In this document: piece after piece, positions 60,901 to 64,000 of the stretch | Layout of the letters: each line of letters begins with the position of its first letter | Numbering within the stretch: the stretch's first letter is position 1 | The notes under the pieces: generated by a model | Told to the model about the DNA's origin: nothing | What the model saw: the letters and a program-made list of their open reading frames with translations, nothing else | Databases searched by the model: none | Position numbers and translations under genes: made by a program | Assembly (NCBI GenBank): GCA_964016885.1 | Contig: OZ024743.1 | Coordinates: 207,142,001-207,206,000 of the forward strand | Origin: Eledone cirrhosa | Lineage: Eukaryota | Length of the DNA: 64,000 nucleotides | Reading direction: 5' to 3'

Positions 60901-63900
60901 ACCACCACCACCACCACCACCACCACCGCCGCCACCAACAGTAACACCACCACCACCAACAGTAACACCAGCACCACCACCACCGCCACCACCAACAGTA
61001 ACACCACCACCACCACCACCGCCACCACCAACAGTAACACCACCACCACTACCACCGCCACCACCAACAGTAACACCACCACCACCACCATCACCACTAC
61101 CACCAACACCAACACCATCACCACTACCATCAACACCAACACCATCACCACTACCACCAACAACAACACCATCACCACTACCACCAACAACAACACCATC
61201 ACCACTACCATCAACAGCAACACCATCACCACTACCGCCAACACCAACACCATCACCACTACCACCAACAACTACACCATCACCACTACCACCAACACCA
61301 ACACCATCACCACTACCACCAACACCAACACCATCACCACTACCACCAACAGCAACACCATCACCACTACCACCAACAACAACACCATCACCACTACCAC
61401 CAACTACAACACCATCACCACTACCACCAACACCAACACCATCACCACTACCACCAACACCAACACCATCACCACTACCATCAACACCAACACCATCACC
61501 ACTACCACCAACAACAACACCATCACCACTACCACCAACAACAACACCATCACCACTACCATCAACAGCAACACCATCACCACTACCGCCAACACCAACA
61601 CCATCACCACTACCACCAACAACTACACCATCACCACTACCACCAACACCAACACCATCATCACTACCACCAACACCAACACCATCACCACTACCACCAA
61701 CAGCAACACCATCACCACTAGCACCAACACCAACACCATCACCACTACCACCAACACCAACACCATCACCACTACCATCAACACCAACACCATCACCACT
61801 ACCACCAACAACAACACCATCACCACTACCACCAACAACAACACCATCACCACTACCATCAACAGCAACACCATCACCACTACCACCAACACCAACACCA
61901 TCACCACTACCACCAACAACAACACCATCACCACTACCACCAACACCAACACCATCACCACTACTACCAACACCAACACCATCACCACTACCACCAACAC
62001 CATCACCACTACTACCAACACCATCACCATCACGACTACCACCAACAACAAAACCAACACCACTACCACTACCACCAACACCATCACCACTACCACCACC
62101 AACAAAACCATCACCACTACCACTACCACCAACACCATCACCACTACCACCAACAACAACACCATCACCACCACCACCAACACCATCACTACTACCACCA
62201 CCGCCACCACCAACAGTAACACCACCACCACCACCACCACCACCACCACCGCCACCACCAACAGTAACACCACCACCACCACCTCCACCACAACCACCAC
62301 CACCCCCGCCACCACAAACAGTCACACCACCACCACCACCACTACCACCAACACCAACACCATCACCACTACCACCAACACCAAACCATCACCACTACCA
62401 CCAACACCAACACCATCATCACTACCACCAACACCAACACCATCACCACTACCACCAACAGCAACACCATCAACACTACCACCAACACCAACACCATCAC
62501 CACTACCACCAACACCAACACCATCACCACTACCACCAACAACAACACCATCACCATTACCACCAACAACAACACCATCACCACTACCATCAACAGCAAC
62601 ACCATCACCACTACCACCAACACCAACACCATCACCACTACCACCAACAGCAACACCAACACCACTACCACCAACAACAACACCATCACCACTACCACCA
62701 ACAACAACACCATCACCACTACCACCAACACCAACACCATCACCACTACCACCAACAACAACACCATCACCACTACCACCAACAGCAACACCAACGCCAT
62801 CACCACTACCACCAACAACAACACCATCACCACTACCACCAACACCAACACCATCACCACTACCACCATCACCAACACCATCACCACTACCACCAACAAC
62901 AACCCCATCACCACTACCACCATCACCAACACCATCACCACTACCACCAACAACAACACCATCACCACTACCACAATCACCAACACCATTACCACTACCA
63001 CCAACACCAACACCATCACCACTACCACCAACACCAACACCATCACCACTACCATCAACAGCAACACCATCACCACTACCATCAACAACAACACCATCAC
63101 CACTACCACCATCACCAACACCATCACCACTACCACCAACAACAACACCAACACCACTACTACCAACACCAACACCATCACCACTACCACCAACAACAAC
63201 ACCATCACCACTACCACCAACACCAACAGCATCACCACTACCATCAACACCAACACCATCACCACTACCACCAACACCAACACCATCACCACTACCACCA
63301 ACACCAACACCATCACCGCTACCACCAACAGCAACACCAACGCCATCACCACTACCACCAACACCAACACCATCACCACTACCACCAACAACAACACCAT
63401 CACCACTACCACCAACACCAACACCATCACCACTACCATCAACACCAACACCATCACCACTACCACCAACAACAACACCATCACCACTACCACCAACACC
63501 AACACTATAACCACTACCACCAACGCCAACACCATCACCACTACCACCAACAACAACACCATCACCACTACCACCAACAACAACACCATCACCACTACCA
63601 CCAACACCAACACCATCACCACTACCATCAACAACAACACCATCACCACTACCACCAACGCCAACACCATCACCACTACCACCAACAACAACACCATCAC
63701 CACTACCACCAACAACAACACCATCACCACTACCACCAACACCAACACCATCACCACTACCACCAACAACAACACCATCACCACTACCACCAACACCAAC
63801 ACCATCACCACTACCATCAACAACAACACCATCACCACTACCACCAACAACAACACCATCACCACTACCACCAACACCAACACCATCACCACTACCATCA

Positions 63901-64000
63901 ACAACAACACCATCACCACTACCACCAACACCAACACCATCACCACTACCACCAACAAAAACACCATCACCACTACCACCAACAACAACACCATCACCAC
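12921..64000. repeat. Giant (>51 kb) 27-bp-unit C/A-rich array with higher-order structure; mucin PTS-like if translated
   Basis: Consensus ACA CCA TCA CCA CTA CCA CCA ACA (C/A)CA interleaved with (CCA)n CCG CCA CCA ACA GTA ACA blocks. Most length variants are multiples of 3. Runs off the right edge. Confidence 0.97.

Noticed and set aside
40897-63510. Length of the 7142-aa (-) and 5659-aa (+) ORFs as proof of coding
   Set aside because: In the Thr frame nearly all codons start with A, and in its antisense Gly frame they end in T, so neither can easily contain a stop. Openness is therefore uninformative, and both ORFs switch peptide type at a frameshift.
12953-64000. Very long minus-strand poly-Val/Leu/Met ORFs as membrane proteins
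   Set aside because: They are antisense translations of CAC/CAA/CAT triplets. Stops are rare by composition, and the products are biologically implausible.
12921-64000. Calling the array MUC2 or any named mucin gene
   Set aside because: The resemblance is low-complexity only. No VWD, CysD or SEA domains, start or exon structure are visible, and there are recurrent stops.

Overview
Repeat-dominated, AT-rich eukaryotic (animal) DNA with no intact host gene that I can support. The SINE motifs, RTE remnant and dense (TA)n/(CA)n microsatellites look cephalopod/octopus-like; this is inferred from recalled repeat motifs, not from a search. Layout: (1) 1-1497, a 59-bp tandem satellite running off the left edge; (2) about 1.5-8 kb, microsatellites, tRNA-type SINE fragments, an AT-rich dispersed repeat and a decayed RTE-clade LINE on the minus strand; (3) about 8.07-12.58 kb, a nest of Penelope-like element (PLE) fragments mostly separated by (TA)n tracts. 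The nest holds a 5'-truncated RT-end/GIY-YIG ORF with an inverted pseudo-LTR, a second decayed GIY-YIG PLE, fold-back elements, and at least six hammerhead-ribozyme motifs (two look intact, at 8993-9072 and 12471-12525); (4) 12.92 kb to the right edge, a >51-kb C/A-rich array of a 27-bp unit (TPSPLPPT[P/T] in one frame) interleaved with (Pro)n-Thr-Val-Thr blocks, with kb-scale higher-order duplications. The array looks like a mucin PTS exon but carries recurrent stops and frameshifts, so its coding status is unresolved. The huge ORFs in the ORF track are mostly compositional artefacts.
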